From: Amphiscolops sp. MND2022
Taxonomy: Eukaryota
Assembly: GCA_964187785.1 (NCBI GenBank)
Contig: OZ076415.1
Location: 11,532,001 to 11,596,000, forward strand
DNA: 64,000 bases
Reading direction: 5' to 3'
Shown here: positions 12,898-24,200 of the stretch, one piece after another
Layout of the letters: every line of letters begins with the position of its first letter
Position numbering within the stretch: position 1 is the stretch's first letter
Notes under the pieces: generated by a model
Told to the model about the DNA's origin: nothing
What the model saw: only the letters and a program-made list of their open reading frames with translations
Databases searched by the model: none
Made by a program: the position numbers and the translations under genes

Positions 12898-15076
12898 TTC
12901 CCCCCTTCACTATTGACTGTCGACTGGCCAATGGGGTTTTGTGTAGCTTCTGTATGGCGGTGGTTCCTCCAATGGTCCATATGTTTGTGGACGGATAACC
13001 GGTTCTCGCATTGGCTTTTGTCACAGTGTTCTTCTATCCGTGACGTCTGTTTGTTGTCTGCCTTTGGTTTTAGTTCTGATTGTTTGTTTCCATATCTGTT
13101 GGAGTTTGGCCCGGTGCTTCTTCCGAGTTCAGCCTTCCTACGGTGGTTCCTGTAATCATGACATATTGGGTTATTGTATCTGACAATTGGGTTAGTTTTT
13201 GGTAATCTTTTCGATCTGCGTACTTTTTTTTCTTCGCGTTTAACATCTGTTTCTAATTCAGTACTTGAGCTCAGGTTGTTGGCAAAATCTAGATCAAGGC
13301 TATTCTCTTCCCCCTCGTTAGGGAATGTTTTATCATTTTTAAACACCTTACCGTTTTCATCTCTAATAAAAAGCTCTTCGTTGGCTTGTTTCGCGTCGCT
13401 GATTGCAGGGTTGATTTCCGTGTCCGTCATGTTGGTTGGTATGGTGAGCGGGCCCGTGCTTTTGTTTGTACCCCCCGGTGTGCTGTGTGGTGAGCTTGAA
13501 TCCGACCGTTCTCGTTTCTGTACTGGTTTGCTTCGGCCGAATGTACCCTTTTTGACCGTAGTGTTGTCTGTTTGGTCCGGTGTTGTCTGGTAGTTGTTTT
13601 CTGGCGGCGTTGGCTCTGACTCGTTGTCTGACTCCAGTATATATGTTCTTCTTGCTTTGGATGGTGACTTCGTGAACCGGCCATCTGATCCTCTCGGCCC
13701 GGTTACTCTGTTGTTGTTGCAAACCTGGTTTAAATTATTAAGTGGTTCACTAATACATTTTTTATGTATTATTCTTCCATTCGGTGTTGTCACCGTATGT
13801 TTTGTTCCGGACACGGCTATGTTCGGTTTATCCATATAGGCACTTTCGAATTTTGATTTTTGATGTTTTTTCTCTAAGAAAAGGCATGGGTAGTTACTAA
13901 CTCCTTTATCGTTTTTCTTCGGCTTCATTGGTAGCTGGTCGGACACACCGCCGGCTCCACTGAATGAATATACCTGTAAGGTATCTGGTTTTGCTGAAAT
14001 GAAATTTTCCGTTAGTTTCTTCAAGCTATCTAAATTTAGTAGGTTACTAACTTCCGTGTTTAGACTTCGGCCGTAGTGTAGTTCAAAAGCTGATTTTTTC
14101 AGTCTCGTGTGTAGTGTTTTACGCATTATTTCTAGAGCTATATCTAGAGCTTTTCCAAAACGTTCTCCGGCTTTTAAGTTTGTTAAGAGATTTTCTTTGA
14201 GTGTTCTGACTCCTCTCTCTACTAAGCCTGTTGGGGTGTGGATAAACGGTGTGCCGTATATCAATTTGATGTAGTGTTTTTTACAAAAATCGCGGAAGAG
14301 GCGTCCTGTGAAAACGGTTGCTTTATCCGTTCTGATCGTTTTCGGTATCCCATTTAGTTGGATATCCTGTTCGATAAATTTTACCGCCGTTTCTCCGTCT
14401 GTATTTTTGCAAAAACTGGCTGCCGGCCATTTACTAAATCGGTCTATGGATAATAATATATAAAACCGGCGGTTATTTTCTGTAATCGGGCCAGTTGAAA
14501 TTCCTCGTTCGGATTGTTTACCGGTGGTAGATTGTTTTTCTCCGTATACGGTATGTTAGGTTTAATGCTCTTACCGGACATTTTGCATGATATGCAGGAG
14601 TCGCACTTTTTCTGAATGGCTTCAGTTATCCGTGGCCACCGAAAATGCCGGGCTGCTAGGGTCATCTTGTTGATGGCCGGGTGTCCTTTGTGTAGCAAGC
14701 TTATAACCGTGGTGCGTAGATTCTTTGGAACCACGATTTTGTCCTCCATCGACAATTTCCTCCTGACTGGTAGATATTCTTCGGGTATCAGCTCATGTTG
14801 CTGTCTTTCCAGACATACTAGTGTTTTTAGCAGGCTGGCGTCGTTCGTCGTCTCTGTCATAAGCAGCTGTAGGTCGGTAGAAAAGTTTTTCTCCGTTTCT
14901 CGCACTGCTTGTTCCAAATTCCAGTCGTTTTGTTCTTCAGCGGCTATTTTTGGAGCGTGCTCCATCTTCACGTATTGGACGCTCTTTACTCCGACATAGC
15001 GTGCCCAATTTATTGCCGGTACTTCTAAGATTGATGGGTCTTGATCGGTGTCGGTGTCTATTTCGCCTTCCTCCAT
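12864..15076 (-). pseudogene. Gypsy integrase and long C-terminal extension (frameshifted)
   Basis: HKGHPAINKM...CDSCISCK (HHCC zinc motif); GLVERGVRTLK (integrase core E); split across ORFs 14444-15076 and 12864-14264. Confidence 0.9.
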
Positions 15077-15660
15077 CGGCGTTGTCTGGATGTAATCTTG
15101 TTGAGATGATCATTGTTGGACTGGAGTGGGACGGTCCACGTCCCAGAATGGATCAACAGTCCATTGCTCGCTGTGTCTAGTGGGTGGTACAAAGCCTCCC
15201 GTCTGTTTGGGGCTGATTCTTTGTCTAAGGTCTGCTGTTTCGCGGTTTTTCATAATTTGTTGCAGTCTTTCTTCTATCACATTCCTTTCATTGCGTAAGA
15301 ATTTTGGTTCGTGATAGCGTTTCCATTTTCCCCCGGTTAGTCGATAAATCCCGGGTTTAACGATTTCTCGCCAGCGGTTTATCAATTCAATTGTTTCCGC
15401 GGTTGAGTTTGCTGCTTCGATTTCGTTTATTGTATTTGCATCCATTGTCAATTTGATGCTTTGGCAGTGTTTTTGTTTAAAGCGTGTTAACGTATCAGTG
15501 TTAAGGCAATCAATGGCAGTTCGTCTATGTGTGTCGCTGGTCCGTGGTTTGTTATTTGCTGTGCGTTCGCTTTTCTCCGTTCTGTTCTCTGATTGGTCAG
15601 TGTGGTTGCTAAGGCAACCATATTTGGAGATAAAGTTGTAGTGCGGTAATATGTTGTTGA

Positions 15661-17262
15661 TTACATATTCTTCGTCGTATGCGTCATCTGTTTGCGGTGG
15701 TAGTATCTGAGATAATCCGTGAGTGCTAAATGTTTACCGGCTATATGGTGTACGTTAATATTGAAATGTGCTAGTCGGTCAAGCCACCGTGTTAAGCGTG
15801 CGCTGTAAATTTTATTGGACCGGTTCCGTTTAATTAATGGTTCTAGTGCCTGGCGATTGGTTAAAAGTTTGATCGGTTTTCCGTAAATGTATAAACGGAA
15901 GTGTTCTAAACCCCATACTACCGCCAATAATTCAAGTTCATTTATTGCATATTTCTTTTCGGTGTCTGAAAGGAAACGACTCGCGAAACCAATCGGTTTT
16001 AATTTCCCGTCCGGTTGTTCTTGCCATAGGGTTGCCCCCAAGCCTTTTGTGCTTGCGTCCGTTGTTATCACGTTTGGGTAATCTGAGTTGTAGTGAGCCA
16101 AACACGGTATCTCCGTGATCTTTTGTTTTAAGTTTTCGAATGCTTGCGTGTGTTCTTCCGTCCGTATCCAATCATTCTTTTTTTTCAGTAACTGTCTCAA
16201 GCTATCGGTTTGGGCGTAGAGGTTGTCAATATATTTTGACAAGTATTGAATGGCTCCCAGAAATGATTTTAGTTCTTTTTCATTTTTTGGTTGCTTTAGT
16301 TCTTTTATGGCTAACAACTTGTCTTGAAGTGGTCGGATACCGGCCTGGTCAATTTTGTGGCCTATCCATTCAATTTCCGTTTTGAAAAGTTCGGACTTGT
16401 TTTCACTCAAGCGGTATCCGGCTTTTTCTAGTCTGGTTAGGACGTCAATCAATTCTTTTTTGTGTTCTTCCTTTGACCCTTTGGTTACGACGATGAAGTC
16501 ATCTAACCACGCTGGATGTTTGGTATTCAGTGTTTGGTCGATCTTCTCCTGAAAAACCGTTGGTATATCCGCTAGACCGTAAAAGCCTTTTAGAAAGCGG
16601 TAGTAACCGGTAAAATTTCCCTTGATTACGGCGAATATGCACAAGTTTCTAGCTTCTTTTGATAACAGTAGTTGTCCGTATGCGTAGTCTAAATCGAATT
16701 TCGAAATCCATATCTCATCTTTTGGGCCATCTGCTATTTTTCTTGATATCCGTGAAATCAATTTCTTCATGTTAGGCATTTGTGCCTTTCTTTTCACGGT
16801 TATTTCATTCAATTGTTGTGAATCTAGGGCGATTTTTATTGATTTGTCTTTCTTTACCGTGATCACGGCTGGGCTTACGAAGCAGTTTTCGTCAATACTG
16901 TTGGCTTTTTCGATGTGTCCTTGTTTTATTAGTTTTTCTATTTCCTTCCCCACCGATTGTTGGAGGTGAATCGGTATTGGCCTTCCTTTCTGTTGTATCA
17001 GTTTCGCGTATTCTTTTAGTTGTATCTTTACTTCCAGTCCGTTTACTGTATGGTTCTCGGTGAAAAGTTTCTTGAATTTCGTTTTCAATGATGTTATGTC
17101 TGGGTCTTCTTTTATTTGTTGTTTTTGTGGGACGGTTTTGCCCGTCTCCAGCGTTATTCCCAGTTTTTTCATCCAGTCTAGGCCTAGTAATGGGTTGGTT
17201 CTGTTAGTTGTCACTAAAATTTCCAGTTCTTTTTGTTTTCCGTCGATTTCCACTTTGGCCAT
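15661..17262 (-). pseudogene. Gypsy reverse transcriptase and RNase H
   Basis: KFDLDYAYGQL, FYGLADIPTVFQ, AWLDDFIVV (YxDD variant), TTDASTKGLGA and YAINELELLAVVWGLEHFRLY. Confidence 0.93.
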
Positions 17263-17268
17263 CGTTTT

Positions 17269-19283
17269 TCATTCAAATTGTATCCGGTTATCATTTACAT
17301 CTCTGTATTCCGTTTTTAGTGGATGTAATTGTGTAATGTTGTTGAATAGTGATTTTGGTATTAATGTTACCGGTGATCCGCTGTCGATGATGAATTTGAT
17401 TTGTCGTTTTTTGACCAATGCGGTGATTGTGAAGAAGTCCGGTCCATTGTTGTTTATTGATCGTGTTGAATGGATCTTTTGTTTCACTGAATGGATTGTG
17501 TTCGGTGTCCAATCGTCTTCATTCGCGCTACTTGTCTCTTCTTCCATTATATGGTTCACTTTTATTTGTGAGGCAACATTTGGCAAAGTGGCCTGTTTTT
17601 CCGCATTTTGCACACTTCTTTCCTCTGGCTGGGCATTCATGTTGTCTTGACCAGTTTGGTGCTCCGCAACGGTTGCAATCAACTTTTTTGAATTTTGTCG
17701 GTTTTTCCGGTTGTTCTTTTGTTGGTTTTATTTTACGTTCATTCAAGTAACGTATTTTCTCCTCTTCTGTTTCGGGTGAGTCATTTAGTTTCATTAGAGT
17801 GCACAGGCAAGCCTTATTTGCTCAAAGCGCAACATAGTGCGTTCAATACCTCGGATTCCACGACCATACCTTTAACCGTGCAAAATTGGCAAATTACGTC
17901 ATTTGTCCCGGATTCCACGGATTTAGTCGTGGATTCCAGTAACAAATGCTTAGCTGTACGAACTGTCGGCATGCAGCGGTGTCCCGGATTCCACAAAAAC
18001 GTAAGTTTTGCGAAATGAACCAATCAGATTGCAGAAATCATAAATTTCCTGGATTCCACGACTTTATGCTTGACGCGATACGCGGCATCTCTCCTTTAAT
18101 TAAATTCAAGTGGTAGACTGAACAAACATAATATTATGCACTACTTTTCGTATATTAATTCAAAATGATTCAGACAATCACACCAATATCACACAAAATT
18201 TTTAGAATTTTCAGTTTAGTACCAGTTTTGAACAAACTGCCAGGTCATCACAATCTCCCATTTTTTAATGACATGCTTCATTTTTGGTACCAGTCACGAG
18301 TATCTCTATTCGTACTTTTTGAATTTTTCGTGTCAATCAAAACAGTTTCCTTTGATATAAAATTGAATTAATTTAAAATGATTACTCAAAATCAGCGGAC
18401 CAATCAGAGAGCAGCGGCAAGAGTGTCATTATAGCAGCAGTATTGGCGTGGAATCCAGGACAAGCACTGTCGTGGAATCCAAGACACGCTTAACATCAAA
18501 GAGAAATTTTGTCCTGGATTCCACGACTTTTCTCAATTTTCGTGTCCCGGATTCCACGAAAACAGCAAAATAGCTTGCCTGTGCACTGTAATGTTGTCGT
18601 AAGTGTATTCTAGTATTGCGTCGGTTATTGCTTCTACCGACATGTCACTCTTTCTGATTTTTTTCTTTAGGTCGTAGTCTCCGGTTGATTTTCCGATGAC
18701 TGACAAGAATTTTGATGCTAGAAGTTCTGCCGCGGTTATTGTTTCAAATTAGCAGTTTTTTTTTCAATTTCTAGTGTTCATTTCCACACGTCTGCTGCGG
18801 ATTCACCATCTTCTCGCTTTAGGTCAAAGAAATCGGCTCTACTATGTTGTACGTTCCTTTCCGGTGTGAAGTGTAGTCGGAAAAGTGTGTAGAGTTTATA
18901 CAATGGTAGTGAGCTCGGTTCTCTTTCTCTGATTGTTTTTGTCATTTCCGCGTTCTGTCCAATTGCCCAGATGAAAATATCTTTTATTTCTGTTTCGAGT
19001 TGGTCACGGTATTGTGTCAGTATCTCTTTGTTGTTTGTCATGGTTGATAGGTCAATTTCTTTCGTCATTTTTATGTATTGGACAAATTTTCTCCACCACA
19101 GGTTTGCACTGGTGTGGTCTGGTCGTGTTTCTCCAGTGTGGGAATGGTCAATTTCTGAGTACAGGTCCGGTCTGCCGTTCTGTTCATTGTGTCGTTCGGC
19201 AATGTTTGGTTGGCTTGCCGTGTACCCGATGATGACAGTATGGTGTTTCCAATTCTTGGGTCTTCTTCCGTGTTTTCATCCAT
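17269..19283 (-). pseudogene. Gypsy gag (zinc knuckles) and aspartic protease, frameshifted and interrupted by a MITE
   Basis: CNRCGAPNWSRQHEC and CAKCGKTGHFAKC knuckles; FIIDSGSPVTLI protease motif. Confidence 0.88.
17797..18588. mobile_element. Tc1/mariner-type MITE nested in Gypsy gag
   Basis: TIRs (G)AGTGCACAGGCAAGC and GCTTGCCTGTGCACTG; TA at 17795-96 and 18589-90; internal GGATTCCACG subrepeats in both orientations; removing the element and one TA restores gag TTLMKLNDSP. Confidence 0.9.
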
Positions 19284-19335
19284 ATCTTCTTTCTGGATGT
19301 TTTGTATTTGTATTGTTTAGCTTTAGTTCTAAGCT

Positions 19336-19345
19336 GACTGCGCCA
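19336..19345 (-). promoter_or_regulatory. Primer-binding site of the Gypsy element (tRNA-Ser type)
   Basis: TGGCGCAGTC directly after the 5' LTR; complementary to a tRNA 3' end GACUGCGCCA, as I recall for invertebrate tRNA-Ser. Confidence 0.8.
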
Positions 19346-19537
19346 TGTTGTAACTCTCTTCTATAACTATATATAGCATTGACAATTCAAACTTTATTCT
19401 TTCTTGTTTCGTATCTTTATGATAGTTCATCATCTGCATACAATAGGCAGGTACTTGATAAAAAGAACATCAAACAGTATAATAATAATCATATAAATGT
19501 AGACTAATTAACATGTAAAGAGTCTGAGTCCTCTACA
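19346..19537 (-). repeat. 5' LTR of the Gypsy element
   Basis: Direct repeat of 12706-12897; TGTAGAGG...TACAACA on the minus strand. Confidence 0.97.
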
Positions 19538-19921
19538 GCATTACCATAACAATTTGAAAAAATATTTGAATAAATCGTACAATAAAGCTTTTACACAAGT
19601 GTAAATTTGCAGGGTTAGATTTTCGGTCGTCGAAAAATCGATCTTTCAATCTTTACAACAATGGTTGTTTTCAGTATATTCTCATCTAAATGATAAGCAT
19701 TCATCATAGCTGTGAAAACCATAACTTTGTGTTTCGGAACCAAAAACCTGCTTTAAAACTTCTGCCGTATCGGAGACGAAAGAACTGGTGATTTATACTT
19801 CAATGTTTTCTACCTTGAACCATGTTACCTTTGAAAACACTTCTTGTGGAGGGAGCTAGCTCCTAAAATAAAAATTTCTCTAGAATTTTTTTCATAAAAC
19901 ACCACCCAAACAGCATTTTTA

Positions 19922-20185
19922 CTAGTTAGGCTTCCGAGCAAATAGATCAAATAGAGGTAATAGAAGGTCGTTAGTAGTCACTTTACCTAGAAGACTCAAT
20001 TCTTGCATCTCCTCTTTTTCATGAGCGATAATGTCAGTCGGTTGAAAGCCAGCAAGAGCAGTCGTTGTTTCGAGCCTTTCATCTTCTGTGGTTGGTCCAT
20101 AACTGGGTCTTTTGTCATTAGCTTTTGACGTAGTCGCTATTTGATTGTCAATTGGAGGTTCAATGCCCAAGTCAAATTCCAATGT
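19922..20185 (-). pseudogene. Possible orphaned C-terminal tail related to exon B
   Basis: FQPTDIIAHEKEEMQELS weakly resembles LLPKNIFYDERQAMRDLS of exon B; the upstream part runs into an interspersed repeat and no acceptor AG is seen. Confidence 0.3.
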
Positions 20186-20949
20186 TATTTTTAGGTATGT
20201 TTTTAATTTTTGGTAGAGGTTAATCGGTTTAGGGGGAACCCAGCCAGAAACTTTTTGTGAATTTGCGAAACCGGACGAGACTAAAGGCCCCCATTTCAAT
20301 TTTTTCAGCTTGGTGAGATTTTTTGAATTCTTTTTAATGTCTCCAAAGGATCCCGCTTCATTTTTTATCATATTTTGCAAGAACCTGGATTTTCAAAAAG
20401 CCCAAATAGTCCCTTTTACAATTTTCGGTATTTTGAGATTTTTCAAAATGAATGTTTTTGGTCTTACAGTATTGACAAAGTTTTAACAATAGTGTCTTTT
20501 TGCATATTTAAAAAACTTTACTCTTTTGAACCTTGAGTGGGGCGTCGAATTAGGCAGTTCCGTTTTCGTTCGTTTTCACAGAAATGAAAAATGTGTTTAC
20601 GGTGATCCCTTTCTTTTTCAACAATTTTTGTTTGAAAATACCAGAAGGACATTGCTGGAAATAACATGTCACTTAGCGGTGCCTAGACATACTGCCTTGC
20701 AAAGCGGATTAGGATCTAACGTGTTAAAATCTAAACCAATCAAATGTCTCAGATTGACAAGGATGGGGTGTTGTTCTCCACCAATCAAAAAGCGTTAGAT
20801 CTCATTCCATTAGCTTTTATTCTGTTCTCCCTGTTGACTTGGGCTGCGAAACATGTTCACAATGGTTCGAATTCTGCGCTAGGCTAAATCTTTACAAAGA
20901 TTGAAAAAGACCAAAGGGTCACCCTTTGGTGTTAAAATTTTAGCCGACC

Positions 20950-22433
20950 TTCTGAGTTGGTCGAAGATCTAGAGTGCCTGCTGAGGCGCCAACGGGACCC
21001 TTTCGATTCGTTTACAATTTTACCTGACTTGAAAAACTGAATGATACGCACTATCAATGAGAGATCAAGAACAAACAAAAAGATAGTAGTGGAGCGTGAA
21101 AAAAGCGGACTATCAAATATCCTATTGGCACTAAGGTCAGAAAAAGGGGCAGACGGAAAATCAGCATTCGAGAAACACATGGGTAGAAAACCAAACACTC
21201 TGAAATCAGCTATGATTGAAAAGTGTATTTTAGATAAAGACCCCAGAATAGACATCGAGCCAGAAGATTTCAGCGAAGAAGCTGACTCCACAATTCTAGT
21301 GCGAGAACGCGTACGCGGCACTAAACTGGAAGGTGCCTTTAAAAAGGTCAAAGGCAACATTGTGGACGAATCACAGAACACGCTGAAAAACCTGCCCAAA
21401 ACAGGAAAGTTTCATCGTGTCAAAGAGAGATGTGGCGAAAATGCCAGACAAAGAGAAAACACCACAAAAGAAGAAAGGGTCAAAACAAGAGAAAAGACCA
21501 AAAACCATGAAAACGCCAGTTTATGAATTCTTACCAAATCCGGAAGACGTGCCTAATGGAGAAAACAGAGCCAGCTGTTCATGGCAACAAGAAATGGGAC
21601 AAGCAACTTCCAAACAAAGTGCAGAAAAGGAACCACCAACAAAAATCTGCAAAGAAGAAAACATGAACATGGAAGAAGAAAGAAAAGAAGAGGTAGAAAG
21701 CAACGAGCCTAAAGAAGAAGAACAGAGCGAGCCACAAACGGAAACAACTACAACTGCACCCATCCAAGGGGAGATAAAATGGGAAATGTCCCAAGCACGG
21801 ACATCGAAAAGGAACAAAAAGAAACCCAATTGGTTGGGACAGAACGTTATGGTCACAAAGATCGAAGCAACATCCAGCCAAGATGAGGAAAGCCTACCAA
21901 GTGTATACGAAATACACAAATCTTAAACACTCAACAAACTTTAGCCAAACTTCAATTTTGTTTAACTGGTAAAACAAACCGTTACCCCAAATTTATGTTG
22001 TTGTGCATAAGGAAACTAACATTTCCTAACATTTAACAAATGAGTTGTAGTAACTCATAACTTTTAACAGTGCTGTATTTATCCCCAAGTTAATTGTCAA
22101 AAGAAATTAGCAACAAACATTGAATTAACCACTAATCTTCAATTGCGCAGTTTATTGGATAACCAAGAACCAATGAAAAGTGAGAACATTATGATGTATT
22201 AAATTTATTTTAAAAGTATGTACTATGTATATCTGGTTTCAAAATGTAAAGTGTAGTTCCCCCTTGTGCCCTCACAATTAGCGAGGGGAGTGTGATAGAG
22301 CTAAGTCTATTAATTGCCTTGCTGTACTTAAATACCATGAGAAAACTGTCAGTGTGAAAGAATTAATTACATAACATAATAACAACCTGCCAAACTGAAG
22401 TGAACTGGCAAAACAGAAGAAACTGCCATAACA
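20950..22433 (+). mobile_element. 3' fragment of a second Gypsy family (integrase tail, PPT, LTR)
   Basis: MIRTINER...ILLALRSEKGADGKSAFEKHMGRKPNT integrase C-terminal region; PPT AGCGAGGGGAG at 22280-22290, then TGTGATAG...CCATAACA (22291-22433). Confidence 0.7.
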
Positions 22434-23287
22434 TCAGAATACGTACAATTCAATAGTTTGCTAACTACATTGTTTTCCTCGAGTTCGTCAGTCGTTAACA
22501 AGATCAAAGAGTCCCTTGGGGGTCTTTTTTGACGCAATGCGTCGTTTTCATTTTTTCAGTTCACTGGGGTCTTCCTTTTTGTTGTTTTTTTGAAAAATAC
22601 GTTTTCAAACAAAAAATGTCTTTTTTTGAAAAAAACTTGATTTCATCAAACGGTTTTCCATTTTTGATGCTTTTAGATAGAACTAAAGTCTTTAGCATAA
22701 ACGGTTCTCTTTTCAGGCGCTTTGCCACTGTAAGGCGTTTAAAATTTCCACAAAATTGTTTAAAAATCCACTAATTAGACCCAATAGGGCGGAAGGCATC
22801 TAACCAGTGTCGAACTTCTGTATTTTTCCAACTGATCTACAAAAAAAACATTTTCTGATTTAACGTCGACGTTAAAGTAGATCTATTTCAGGAAAAATGC
22901 GCTACATACGAACTGGTGACGTAACATCCGAAGTTTATTGGATCTTGTATCCTAATTGTCTTGGATTGTGAGCAATTACCAGGAAGAGTGTGGAGTATTT
23001 GAACAATAAGTACTATTTGAACAATAAGGACTATTTGAACAATAATACCAATTTCACTTTTACCACAGTATCAACTAAAATATTGTACATACGTAATGTC
23101 CTTGAGCGTAATGTTCGCCGGGCGTATTGTCCTAGAACCGAATTTTTTAGTTGGTAAACACTGATATTGTAGTTTCAATTCAATTTCCCGTCACCTGCCT
23201 GTCTTTGCCCTCAACATTGGCAATCCTATAATTCAAAAATATAACCCCCTAGCAGTCTGTATTATTCATCTACTCGGGATTTTGTAT

Positions 23288-23661
23288 TCATTCGACTCGG
23301 GTTTTAAATTTTGATTGGTAACCATCAAACAATCGTGGAGGCACAATTTCAACATCACTCCCTTCAGCTGTAGTTTCATTCTCTGCAGCTAGAAAACAAT
23401 TGAAGAAAACCGCTTCGGTGCCTGGATAGCTGAACGTTGTCTGATCTTGTTTGGCGAAGCAAGTGAGGCAATTGCATCCAGGGTAAGGTGGCAATCCATC
23501 TTTGCCAAACTTGTTCACAGCCACCGCGTTGAAATGGAGACCAGGAGCCAGTTTCAGTATCTTTTTAGCCAAGGCTGCACATTCGCAGAGACTTGAAACA
23601 TCATCCAAAACTTCAAATGTCCCATCCCCAAATCCTAATCCGCACTTTTCCAGGTTGGGAT
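23288..23661 (-). CDS. Terminal exon A encoding a 6-Cys PAN/apple-like domain
   Basis: Acceptor ttttag|AT at 23661 (phase 1), compatible with the mucin exon donor CAAG|gtatgt; DPNLEKCGLGFGDG...ECAALAK...NAVAV...GCNCLTCF...QTTFSYPGTEAVFFNCFL. Confidence 0.8.
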
Positions 23662-24200
23662 CTAAAAAGTTTGAAATAAGATTTGTTTTGAGCAAATACG
23701 AGATTTCAAAAATGAAAGCTGTCTCAGTTCGCATAAGAGTGCCAAATGTAGGTTATCACAATTTTGTGTTAATAAGTATCTCGTTTTTTTCTAACTTAGC
23801 TTTAAACATGGATTTAGCTGATTTTTAGCGGACTCTGCGAATGCAAAAAGATGAATCGGTTAAATCATGTTGCCCATGTGGTGTGGAACGATTGCCAAAA
23901 AATGCGCTGAAAGTCACTAGAACAAATATTCAAAAAGGTGCAATTAAAATCGCCCCGCTCTAAAACTTGAAATGCTGCATGATTTGGGGATATGTTAGTG
24001 ATCTCGAATGCAGACGCTAAGAATGGGATTTTTGAAAGAATGTACTTGAAAAACCAAAAACCCACAAATGCCGCATTAAAACAGTAATTTCCTGAAATTT
24101 TCTACAAGAATAGTACTCGAAAGCTCTTTGTTTTTCATTTCATGAGTTTAACGTTTTGCAAACGAGCTTCCGAAAATTTATGTTATGGGGTAAAACATAC

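Larger units (their letters stand above)
12706..19537 (-). mobile_element. Full-length, decayed Ty3/Gypsy LTR retrotransposon
   Basis: 192-bp LTRs at 12706-12897 and 19346-19537 (TG..CA on the minus strand, 2 mismatches seen); GCATT TSD at 12701-12705 and 19538-19542; PBS and PPT present; domain order gag-PR-RT-RH-IN. Confidence 0.97.
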
